Shown here: piece by piece, positions 42,748-51,272 of the stretch | How positions within the stretch are numbered: position 1 is the stretch's first letter | Layout of the letters: each line of letters starts with the position of its first letter | The notes under the pieces: generated by a model | What the model was told of the DNA's origin: nothing | The model's input: the letters and a program-made list of their open reading frames with translations, nothing else | Databases searched by the model: none | Assembly (NCBI GenBank): GCA_943372845.1 | Contig: CALSAD010000015.1 | Location: 1,389 to 65,388, forward strand | Origin: Chitinophaga pinensis | Lineage (GTDB): Bacteria; Bacteroidota; Bacteroidia; Chitinophagales; Chitinophagaceae | DNA length: 64,000 nt | Reading direction: 5' to 3' | Position numbers and translations under genes: made by a program

Positions 42748-45471
42748 ATGCTGCCTGCCATGAAGAAAATGATTTGCCTGTTGCTCTCTTTGCAACTGTT
42801 GGTTACTGGTTTTTCACAAACCAACATTCAACAACTGTTAACGGAAAACAAACCCAATCCCATTGGCGTGGATGAAGTACTTCCGCGGTTTAGCTGGCAA
42901 TTACACAATTCTAAACGGAATACCAGTCAGGTAGCGTATTCCATTCAGGTATTTACTACCGATAAAAAAACAGTGGTGTGGCGTTCGGGTAAAGTTGTTT
43001 CTGTACAATCTGTTTTTATTCCCTATGCCGGTACTGCTTTGCAAAGTGGAAAAAAATATAAATGGCTGGTTGAGGTTTGGGATAATAACAGTACGAAGTC
43101 TGCAATCAGCGACACCGCTTCTTTTCAAATGGCATTGCTGCACACAGCAGACTGGAAAGCGAGCTGGATAGAACCCGGCTTTACAGAAGATAGTGTGATG
43201 CGGCCCAGTCCTTATTTCCGCAAACAGTTTTCAACTACTAAAAAAATTGTATCCGCTACGGCTTATATAACCGCACATGGTTTATACGAAGCCCAGATCA
43301 ATGGTCAGCGAATCAGTGATGCCTATTTTACACCGGGTTGGACAGCTTACCAAAAGCGTTTGCAATACCAGGTATATGATGTAACCGATCTTTTAAAGAA
43401 AGGAACCAATGCCATTGGGGTATCATTAGGAAGTGGATGGTACAGAGGCGTGATCGGGTTTTCCAATAACCATAATGTGTATGGTAAAGACATTGCTTTG
43501 CTTTTTCAGATGGAGATCAATTATAGTGATGGCAGTAGTGAAACTGTGGTATCGGATAACAGCTGGCGATCCTCTACAGGTTCTATCCGGTATGCAGAAA
43601 TTTATAATGGCGAAACCATTGATGCAAGGGAAGAAAAAACAGGCTGGGCTTTACCGGGGTATAATGATGCATCGTGGACTGGTGTAAAAACAGCCAATCA
43701 TAGTAAAGAGATTTTAGTGGCTACTTATAACGAGCCGGTTAGAAAGAAAGAAACTTTTACAGCCTTACGTATTTTTAAAACACCCGCCGGTGAACAGGTA
43801 ATTGATTTTGGTCAGAACCTGGTGGGTTGGGTAACCATGAAAGTAAAAGGGAAGGCAGGCGATAAAATCATCGTATCCCACTCGGAGGTATTGGATAAAG
43901 CGGGTAATTTTTATACTACCAATCTTCGTGCAGCCAAAGCACAGGACACCTATATTTTACAAGGCGGCGGGGAAGAAATATTTGAACCGCATTTTACCTG
44001 GCATGGTTTCCAGTTTATTAAACTGGAAGGGTACCCCGGTGAATTGAAACCGGAACATGTTACGGCAGTGGCTTTGTACTCTGATATGCCACCCACCGGA
44101 ACTTTTACCTCATCCAATGCATTGGTAAATCAATTACAGCATAATATTGAGTGGGGACAAAAAGGAAATTTTCTGGATGTACCAACTGATTGTCCACAAA
44201 GGGATGAGCGTCTGGGCTGGACAGGAGATGCGCAGGTATTTTCACGAACAGCGGCGTTTAATATGAACGTTCATAATTTCTTTTCTAAATGGTTGAAAGA
44301 TGTGGCTGCTGATCAGTTACCCAATGGCAGTGTGCCTTTTGTGGTGCCCAATGTATTGGGAGCTGGTGCTACGGGTTCAACCGGTTGGGCCGATGTGGCC
44401 AATATTATTCCATGGAATGTATACCTCGCCTATGGCGATACAAAAGTTTTGCAGGATCAGTACAACAGCATGAAAGCATGGGTTGAGTATATGCAAACCA
44501 ACAGTAAAAATAATTTATGGAATACAGGATTTCATTTTGGCGACTGGTTATTTTATCGTCCTGATGATGACAATGATGGCAGAGCAGCTGTTACCGATAA
44601 ATACCTGATTGCCCAATGTTTTTTTGCACATTCCACACAATTGTTGATCAATGCGGCAAAAGTGCTTGGTAAATCAGAAGATGTGGCAACGTATACATCT
44701 TTGTTACAAAACATCAAAGAGGCGTTTGTAAAAGAGTACCTCACAGCCAATGGGCGTTTGGTTTCCGGAACACAGACTGCGTATGTGTTGGCATTGAATT
44801 TTGATATGTTGCCTGAAGCCTTACGCCAGCAGGCGGCAGATAGACTGGCTGATAATATTAAGAATTATGGCAACCACCTTACCACCGGTTTTTTAGGAAC
44901 ACCTTATTTATGTCATGTACTTACCCGGTATGGATTTACCAATTTGGCGTACACTTTGTTATTGCAGGAAAAATATCCCTCCTGGTTATATCCGGTTAAA
45001 ATGGGAGCAACCACTATTTGGGAAAGATGGGATGGTATTAAACCCGATGGTTCTTTTCAGGTGCCCTCAATGAATTCGTACAATCACTATTCTTACGGCG
45101 CCATTGGCGATTGGATGTATCGGGTAATGGTGGGCTTGGATACCTATGAAGATGGTCCCGGTTACAAGCACATCAAAATACAACCGCATATCGGTGGTGG
45201 ATTTACGCATGCTTCCGCTTCTTTGCAAACCTATTACGGAAAATTATCGAGTGGCTGGAAACTAGAACAGGGAAGGGTTTTGATGGACGTAAGTATTCCG
45301 GTTAACACTACAGCTACTGTTTTTATTCCCGCAGGCAATGCAGGAGATATTACAGAAAATGGTTCTGCCCTCTCTTCCTTACCGGATGTGAAAATATTGG
45401 GAATGCAAAATGGATATGTGTCTGTGTTATTGGGGTCGGGGGAATACCATTTTGTGGCAATTAAGAATTAG
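42748..45471 (+). CDS. Alpha-L-rhamnosidase, glycoside hydrolase family 78
   Basis: N-terminal rhamnosidase domains plus the catalytic signature DVPTDCPQRDERLGWTGDAQVF. 907 aa. Confidence 0.9.
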   Translation: MLPAMKKMICLLLSLQLLVTGFSQTNIQQLLTENKPNPIGVDEVLPRFSWQLHNSKRNTSQVAYSIQVFTTDKKTVVWRSGKVVSVQSVFIPYAGTALQSGKKYKWLVEVWDNNSTKSAISDTASFQMALLHTADWKASWIEPGFTEDSVMRPSPYFRKQFSTTKKIVSATAYITAHGLYEAQINGQRISDAYFTPGWTAYQKRLQYQVYDVTDLLKKGTNAIGVSLGSGWYRGVIGFSNNHNVYGKDIALLFQMEINYSDGSSETVVSDNSWRSSTGSIRYAEIYNGETIDAREEKTGWALPGYNDASWTGVKTANHSKEILVATYNEPVRKKETFTALRIFKTPAGEQVIDFGQNLVGWVTMKVKGKAGDKIIVSHSEVLDKAGNFYTTNLRAAKAQDTYILQGGGEEIFEPHFTWHGFQFIKLEGYPGELKPEHVTAVALYSDMPPTGTFTSSNALVNQLQHNIEWGQKGNFLDVPTDCPQRDERLGWTGDAQVFSRTAAFNMNVHNFFSKWLKDVAADQLPNGSVPFVVPNVLGAGATGSTGWADVANIIPWNVYLAYGDTKVLQDQYNSMKAWVEYMQTNSKNNLWNTGFHFGDWLFYRPDDDNDGRAAVTDKYLIAQCFFAHSTQLLINAAKVLGKSEDVATYTSLLQNIKEAFVKEYLTANGRLVSGTQTAYVLALNFDMLPEALRQQAADRLADNIKNYGNHLTTGFLGTPYLCHVLTRYGFTNLAYTLLLQEKYPSWLYPVKMGATTIWERWDGIKPDGSFQVPSMNSYNHYSYGAIGDWMYRVMVGLDTYEDGPGYKHIKIQPHIGGGFTHASASLQTYYGKLSSGWKLEQGRVLMDVSIPVNTTATVFIPAGNAGDITENGSALSSLPDVKILGMQNGYVSVLLGSGEYHFVAIKN

Positions 45472-45472
45472 C

Positions 45473-45510
45473 AATTAAAAATTAAAAATTAAAAATTAAA
45501 AATTAAAAAT
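45473..45510. repeat. Heptanucleotide microsatellite (AATTAAA)x5
   Basis: AATTAAAAATTAAAAATTAAAAATTAAAAATTAAAAAT lies 1 nt after the TAG stop of the GH78 gene. Confidence 0.85.
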
Positions 45511-45676
45511 GTATCCTCCGTGCAACTCTCTATCTCACCATCTATGTATTGAAAAAATAAACAGCTTCTAAATATTTTTTCAACATTGAGATCCCGAGGG
45601 AGGGGGGTGTATAAAGAGTAGGGGGGCTACCAATTAAAATCAGGATATTGTTTATTCATTTTATCATTTATACTAT

Positions 45677-46729
45677 ATGAAAAAAAGCTGCTTACTACTG
45701 TTACTGATTTTCTGCATGGCTATTGGTGCGTTTGCACAAGCCAATGTATGGCCTATGGAAAAAGCCAATGCCTGGTATGCTAAACATGCGTGGTTAACCG
45801 GTGCAGATTATATTCCGGCCAATGCCATTAACCAGTTGGAAATGTGGCAGGCCGAAACCTTTGACCCCGTTACCATTGATAAAGAATTGGGCTGGGCAGA
45901 GAGTATTGGCTTTAATACCATGCGTGTATTTCTGCACAGCATTGCCTGGAAGCAGGATCCCGAAGGGTTTAAGAAAAGAGTGGATCAGTTTTTAACCATT
46001 GCGGCAAAACATAAAATAGAACCCATGTTCGTGTTCTTTGATGATTGCTGGAATAAAGTACCCAAAGCCGGCAAACAACAGGAGCCCGCAACCGGCATTC
46101 ACAATTCTGGATGGATGCAGGATCCCGGTCAGCCCGCTTCTGCAGAAGCTTCCCGTTTTTCGGAACTGGAAAAATATGTTACAGATGTGATGACAAGATT
46201 TGCTCACGATAAACGCATTCTTTTATGGGATCTGTACAATGAACCCGGTAACAGTGGTAAAAAAGATTCTTCATTGGCCTTACTAAAAAATGTATTTCAG
46301 TGGGCACGCGCTGTGAATCCGGATCAACCCATCAGTGCAGGTTTATGGGCCTGGGACCTGGAAAAATACAACAGCTTTCAGGCATTGAATTCTGATATCA
46401 TTACCTATCACAATTATGATCAGCCCAATGAGCACCTGCGGGTAATTCAGATACTGAAAGCATTTGGGCGTCCGCTGATCTGTACAGAATATATGGCGCG
46501 TACAAGGAATAGTCGCTTTTCCAATATTCTCCCTTTGTTAAAAAAAGAAAATGTAGGTGCCATCAACTGGGGATTTGTAAATGGTAAAACCAATACCATT
46601 TTTGCATGGGATACACCACTGAAAGATGGTAGCCAGCCGATAGAATGGTTTCATGATATTTTTCTGCAGAACGGTATGCCATACCGGCAGGATGAAGTGG
46701 ATCTGATTAAGAAACTTACTAAGCAATAG
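45677..46729 (+). CDS. Clan GH-A glycoside hydrolase (GH5-like)
   Basis: Signal peptide. Has WDLYNEPGN (acid/base NEP) and LICTEYMA (nucleophile TE). The exact family is not resolved. Confidence 0.65.
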   Translation: MKKSCLLLLLIFCMAIGAFAQANVWPMEKANAWYAKHAWLTGADYIPANAINQLEMWQAETFDPVTIDKELGWAESIGFNTMRVFLHSIAWKQDPEGFKKRVDQFLTIAAKHKIEPMFVFFDDCWNKVPKAGKQQEPATGIHNSGWMQDPGQPASAEASRFSELEKYVTDVMTRFAHDKRILLWDLYNEPGNSGKKDSSLALLKNVFQWARAVNPDQPISAGLWAWDLEKYNSFQALNSDIITYHNYDQPNEHLRVIQILKAFGRPLICTEYMARTRNSRFSNILPLLKKENVGAINWGFVNGKTNTIFAWDTPLKDGSQPIEWFHDIFLQNGMPYRQDEVDLIKKLTKQ

Positions 46730-46730
46730 T

Positions 46731-46827
46731 TTTTTTTCACCGCGGAGGCGCAGAGAGCGCTGAGTTTTCGCAGAGAAATTCTTCTCTGCGTTTTCTCACC
46801 GTCCTCCCCGCCTCTGCGGTGAAAAAA
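46731..46827. repeat. Palindromic intergenic element, family C (copy C4, arms in swapped order)
   Basis: TTTCACCGCGGAGGCGCAGAGAGCGCTGAGTTTTCGCAGAGAA ... TTCTCTGCGTTTTCTCACCGTCCTCCCCGCCTCTGCGGTGAAA. Confidence 0.8.
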
Positions 46828-46861
46828 TCCCAACATTCCATCTTTCCCAAATTCATTCCGC

Positions 46862-49225
46862 ATGAAAACATTCATCGCTTTTCTCACTTGCCTTCTCTCT
46901 ACTTCTTTTCTGCAATCGCAATCCATTAACCCCTCACTACTTTCAGGTAACTGGTCAGCATCCTGGATTACCTGCCCTGATGTTGCGCAAAGGGAATATG
47001 GCGTGTATCATTTCAGAAAAAATATATCGCTCGCAGCAAAGCCCGAAAAATTTGTGGTACATGTTTCTGCTGATAACCGTTATCGTTTGTTTGTGAATGG
47101 AAAAGCTGTTTGCAGTGGTCCGGCCCGCGGAGATTTGTATAACTGGTATTTTGAAACCATTGATATAGCTCCTTACCTTAAAGAAGGCAATAATACCATT
47201 GCTGCATTGGTATGGAATATGGGCGTGCATGCACCGGTTGCTCAGGTAACCAATCAAACAGCATTTGTTTTACAGGGAGATGGTGCTGCAGAAAAAATTA
47301 GTAATACCGGAACCGGATGGAAAGTGTTTCACAATACCGCCTATACTCCCTGCTCCATCGATAACGGTTCGCGCCTCAGAACCTATATGGTGATTGGCCC
47401 GGGGGATGAAGTGGATGCTTCCAAATATCCCTGGGGTTGGGAGGAGAATGGATTCAATGATGAAAAATGGCTTGCCGTAAAAAGAATTGCCAGTCCTGTG
47501 CCTTCGGGCTATGGCTCTGATAATTTGTGGACCTTACAGCCACGCACCATTCCGCTCATGAGCGAAACATTACAGCGTTTATCTGCTGTCAGGCGTTCTA
47601 AAGGAGTGACAGTATCGAATGATTTTTTAAGTGGTAAAAATCCGCTCACCATACCTGCGGATACCACGGTAAGTATTTTAATCGATCAAACATTTAATAC
47701 GGTTGCGTATCCTGAACTGGTGGTGAGTAAGGGCAAGGGCGCTTCTGTAACCATGACCTACGCTGAAGCGTTGTTTAATAAAGATGGCAGCAAGGGCAAC
47801 CGTAACCAGATTGCCGATAAAGAGATCAAAGGCAATTTTGATATTTTTAAACCGGACGGCTCTGCTGAAAGACATTTTCGTCCATTATGGTTTCGTACGT
47901 ACCGATTTATACAACTCGATATTACTACCGGTAAAGAACCCCTTGTGATCAATGACCTGTATGGCTCTGCCACGGGTTATCCTTTTACCGTAAAAGCTTC
48001 TTTCACCAGTAACGATGCGTCACTGCAGGATATATGGGATATCGGATGGCGCACCGCTCAGCTATGTGCAGGAGAAACCTATTTTGATTGTCCTTATTAC
48101 GAGCAGTTACAATACGAAGGTGATACGCGCATACAATCCCTGATCTCACTGTATGTTACCGGCGATGACCGTTTGATGCGTAAAGCCATTACCGATTTTT
48201 ATCATTCACGTGTACCGGAAGGGTTAACGCAGGGCCGTTATCCAAGCAGTCGTTTACAGGTAATACCGCCTTTTTCTTTATTCTGGGTATCGATGATCTA
48301 TGATTACTGGATGCATAGAAGCGATCAAAAATTTGTGTCTGATATGTTGCAACCGATAACCGGCGTGTTGGATTGGTTTGAAAAGAAAATTGATCCGTCA
48401 AAAAAAATGCTGGGGCCGATGAAGTGGTGGAGTTTTGTAGACTGGAACAATGCATTCCCCGGCGGAACACCGGATGGCGCTATGGATGGAAATTCATCCA
48501 TCATTACACTGCAATATGTAAATACTTTACAACAGGCAGCAGAATTATTCGCTTTTTTTGGTAAGCAAACAGAAGCCAATCATTACAAACAACTGGCCAA
48601 TGAATTGAGTAAAGCAACCTATGCACAATGTTTTGATACAAAGAAAGGAGAGATGGGTAACACCCCTTTGAAAAGGGCGTTCAGCCAGCATGCAAGTATT
48701 ATGGCTGTGTTAACCGGCGCAGTTCCGGCAGAAAACAGACAAGCCGTAATGAAAAAAGTATTGTACGATAGCTCACTTAGTCAGGCTACTTTTTACTATC
48801 GCTTTTACCTGAATCGTGCATTGAAAAAAGCAGGCATGGCCGATCTGTATTATTCGCAGCTAACCCCATGGCGGGGAATGATTGCGAATGGATTAACCAC
48901 GTTTGCAGAAAATCCTGATCCTGCACGATCTGATTGTCATGCATGGAGTTCCAGTCCCAATTACGATTTTCTCGCTACCATTTGTGGCATCCTTCCATCG
49001 GCACCGGGGTTTTCGTCTGTACGTATTGAACCTGCCCTGGGAGAATTGACTGATGCCAAAGGGTCTATGCCGCATCCAGATGGAGATATCACTGTATCCC
49101 TGAAACGGAAAGGAAAAGATGGTATCACAGCCGAGATCAGTTTACCCGGTAAATTGAGCGGGGAATTTATTTGGAAAGGTAAAATGGTAAAGCTGGTTGG
49201 GGGCGTACAGAAAATAACACTTTGA
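46862..49225 (+). CDS. Alpha-L-rhamnosidase-related (GH78-like six-hairpin) glycoside hydrolase
   Basis: Signal peptide. An N-terminal rhamnosidase-like beta-sandwich (YRLFVNGKAV) and the catalytic-domain motif GETYFDCPYYEQLQYEGDTR. Confidence 0.68.
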   Translation: MKTFIAFLTCLLSTSFLQSQSINPSLLSGNWSASWITCPDVAQREYGVYHFRKNISLAAKPEKFVVHVSADNRYRLFVNGKAVCSGPARGDLYNWYFETIDIAPYLKEGNNTIAALVWNMGVHAPVAQVTNQTAFVLQGDGAAEKISNTGTGWKVFHNTAYTPCSIDNGSRLRTYMVIGPGDEVDASKYPWGWEENGFNDEKWLAVKRIASPVPSGYGSDNLWTLQPRTIPLMSETLQRLSAVRRSKGVTVSNDFLSGKNPLTIPADTTVSILIDQTFNTVAYPELVVSKGKGASVTMTYAEALFNKDGSKGNRNQIADKEIKGNFDIFKPDGSAERHFRPLWFRTYRFIQLDITTGKEPLVINDLYGSATGYPFTVKASFTSNDASLQDIWDIGWRTAQLCAGETYFDCPYYEQLQYEGDTRIQSLISLYVTGDDRLMRKAITDFYHSRVPEGLTQGRYPSSRLQVIPPFSLFWVSMIYDYWMHRSDQKFVSDMLQPITGVLDWFEKKIDPSKKMLGPMKWWSFVDWNNAFPGGTPDGAMDGNSSIITLQYVNTLQQAAELFAFFGKQTEANHYKQLANELSKATYAQCFDTKKGEMGNTPLKRAFSQHASIMAVLTGAVPAENRQAVMKKVLYDSSLSQATFYYRFYLNRALKKAGMADLYYSQLTPWRGMIANGLTTFAENPDPARSDCHAWSSSPNYDFLATICGILPSAPGFSSVRIEPALGELTDAKGSMPHPDGDITVSLKRKGKDGITAEISLPGKLSGEFIWKGKMVKLVGGVQKITL

Positions 49226-49228
49226 TTG

Positions 49229-49263
49229 TTTTTCACTGCAGAGCTGCAGAGGCCAGAGAGAAA
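49229..49263. repeat. Family C half element (C5)
   Basis: TTTTTCACTGCAGAGCTGCAGAGGCCAGAGAGAAA. Confidence 0.55.
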
Positions 49264-49270
49264 TAATTTG

Positions 49271-49290
49271 CCACGCTCTTCAGAGCGTGG
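49271..49290 (+). terminator. Short GC stem-loop
   Basis: CCACGCTC-TTCA-GAGCGTGG. Confidence 0.4.
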
Positions 49291-49299
49291 ATACAAAGT

Positions 49300-49350
49300 A
49301 AAAAAAGAATAGCTACTTGGGGCTTTATCCCAAGTAGCTATTCTTTTTTT
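49300..49350 (+). terminator. Strong bidirectional rho-independent terminator
   Basis: AAAAAAAGAATAGCTACTTGGG-GCTTTAT-CCCAAGTAGCTATTCTTTTTTT. A long perfect stem flanked by A- and T-runs, between the GH78-like gene and the cys operon. Confidence 0.8.
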
Positions 49351-49396
49351 ACTAACATTCATTAGTCAAATCAAGATATTTTTTACAAAATATATT

Positions 49397-49423
49397 GTCT
49401 ATTGAACAGATAGACTATATTTG
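49397..49423 (+). promoter_or_regulatory. Candidate cys-operon promoter: palindrome plus Bacteroidota -7 box
   Basis: GTCTAT-TGAACAG-ATAGAC (49397-49415) is directly followed by TATATTTG (49416-49423), which fits the TAnnTTTG -7 consensus. It lies about 130 nt upstream of cysH. Confidence 0.3.
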
Positions 49424-49554
49424 CCTATCATTTAAGTAGACTGATTGATATGGCGCTTTCCAAACAATTGATTTCTAAACGTACCTGTTGTTGTTGTTAA
49501 CGACTACTACTGAGTAGCCTGTGTCAATCTCTCTCAACAACTGAAACGTTTATC

Positions 49555-50292
49555 ATGGAAGCTTCTTCAACACAAATCATACAACAACTCAACAAAGAAC
49601 TGGAAGGATTATCTATACCGGAAGTACTTGCGGCATTGGCGCAACGTTTTCCCGGTCAGATTACGTTTTCTACCAGTTTTAGTTTTGAAGATCAGGTGAT
49701 CACGCATGATATTCTTTCTAACCAGCATCCTATTAGCATTTTTACATTAGATACCGGCAGACTGTTTGCAGAAACCTATTCTGTATGGAACAGTACCCTT
49801 ACCCGCTATGGCGCAACTATTAAAGCGTATTATCCGGATCAAACCAAATTGGAAAGCTTTGTAGAAGCGAATGGCCCCAATTCTTTTTATGAATCGGTAG
49901 ACAACCGCAAAGCTTGTTGCCATATCCGGAAAGTAGAACCTTTAAAAAGGGCATTGGCCGGTAACCGGGTTTGGGTAACCGGTTTGCGTGCCGAACATTC
50001 TTCTGCACGTCATGATCTGCCACTGCTTGAATGGGATGAAGCCAACCAACTCATCAAATACCATCCACTGCTGTACTGGACAACCGAAGAAGTGCGCGCT
50101 TATATTGATCAGCACAATATTCCCTATAACCCTTTGCACGATCGAGGTTTTGTAAGTATTGGATGTGCCCCCTGTACAAGGGCCATTAAAGCCGGTGAAG
50201 ATTTTAGGGCGGGCAGATGGTGGTGGGAGGATAACAGTAAAAAAGAATGTGGCTTACACGAAAACAAAATTGAAAAAAATGAATTCAGATAG
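49555..50292 (+). CDS. cysH: Adenylyl-sulfate (APS) / phosphoadenylyl-sulfate reductase, Fe-S type
   Basis: C-terminal ECGLH motif plus cysteine pairs KACCHIRKVEPL and SIGCAPCT. Confidence 0.9.
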   Translation: MEASSTQIIQQLNKELEGLSIPEVLAALAQRFPGQITFSTSFSFEDQVITHDILSNQHPISIFTLDTGRLFAETYSVWNSTLTRYGATIKAYYPDQTKLESFVEANGPNSFYESVDNRKACCHIRKVEPLKRALAGNRVWVTGLRAEHSSARHDLPLLEWDEANQLIKYHPLLYWTTEEVRAYIDQHNIPYNPLHDRGFVSIGCAPCTRAIKAGEDFRAGRWWWEDNSKKECGLHENKIEKNEFR

Positions 50293-50293
50293 T

Positions 50294-51202
50294 ATGTCGA
50301 AATACCAATTAGATCACCTGGAGCAATTAGAATCCGAAGCGATACATATTATGCGCGAAGTAGCGGGGCAATTTGAAAAGCCGGCATTGTTATTCAGTGG
50401 CGGAAAAGATTCCATTACACTAGTTCATCTTGCATTAAAAGCATTCCGGCCCAGTAAATTTCCTTTCCCGTTGGTGCATATTGATACAGGACACAATTTT
50501 CAGGAAGCTTTGGACTTTAGAGATGAACTGGCTGAAAAAACCGGTGAGAAACTGATTGTGCGTCATGTGGCAGATACCATCAAACAACAAAACCTTGCTG
50601 AGCCCAAAGGAAAATTTGCCAGCAGAAATGCACTGCAAACATTTACCCTGCTGGATACCATCAACGAATTCAAATTTGATGCGTGTATTGGTGGTGCCCG
50701 GCGTGATGAAGAAAAAGCAAGGGCCAAAGAAAGAATTTTTTCTGTGCGCGATGAGTTCGGACAATGGGATCCCAAACTGCAGCGTCCGGAATTATGGAAT
50801 ACCTACAATGGCCGGATTCATAAAGGAGAGAATGTACGTGTGTTTCCTATCAGTAACTGGACAGAACTGGATATCTGGAATTATATCCGCAAAGAAAAAA
50901 TCGACCTGCCTTCTATTTATTTTGCCCACGACAGGGAAGTATTGGAATATGAGGGACAACTGGTAGCCTTATCAGAATTTATTCAACGAGAAGACACCGA
51001 TAAAATCAGTACCCGCCGTGTTCGTTACCGTACCGTGGGTGATATGACGTGTACCGCTGCTGTTGAATCTTCCGCTACCACCATTGATGATATCATCAAC
51101 GAGATCATTGCTACCAAAACAAGTGAGCGCGGTGAAACCAGAATTGATGACAGGGTTAGTGAAGCAGCTATGGAAGACAGAAAGAAGAGTGGCTATTTTT
51201 AG
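50294..51202 (+). CDS. cysD: Sulfate adenylyltransferase subunit 2
   Basis: PP-loop LFSGGKDS and collinear with CysD. Met at 50294 is preferred to 50159, which would overlap cysH by 134 nt. Confidence 0.9.
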   Translation: MSKYQLDHLEQLESEAIHIMREVAGQFEKPALLFSGGKDSITLVHLALKAFRPSKFPFPLVHIDTGHNFQEALDFRDELAEKTGEKLIVRHVADTIKQQNLAEPKGKFASRNALQTFTLLDTINEFKFDACIGGARRDEEKARAKERIFSVRDEFGQWDPKLQRPELWNTYNGRIHKGENVRVFPISNWTELDIWNYIRKEKIDLPSIYFAHDREVLEYEGQLVALSEFIQREDTDKISTRRVRYRTVGDMTCTAAVESSATTIDDIINEIIATKTSERGETRIDDRVSEAAMEDRKKSGYF

Positions 51203-51272
51203 TTGAGTGGTGATACGCTATTACCAAATGTTATACAAACAATACGATATACAAGAATACTTTTAACAGTTA

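Noticed and set aside
49351-49554. SAM or other sulfur-responsive riboswitch upstream of cysH
   Set aside because: I could not find the conserved helices or junction motifs of SAM-I/II-type riboswitches by eye. A covariance-model scan is left as a check rather than a claim.
50159-50293. N-terminal extension of cysD overlapping cysH
   Set aside because: It would overlap the conserved C-terminus of CysH by 134 nt. CysD homology begins at MSKYQLDHLEQLE (50294).
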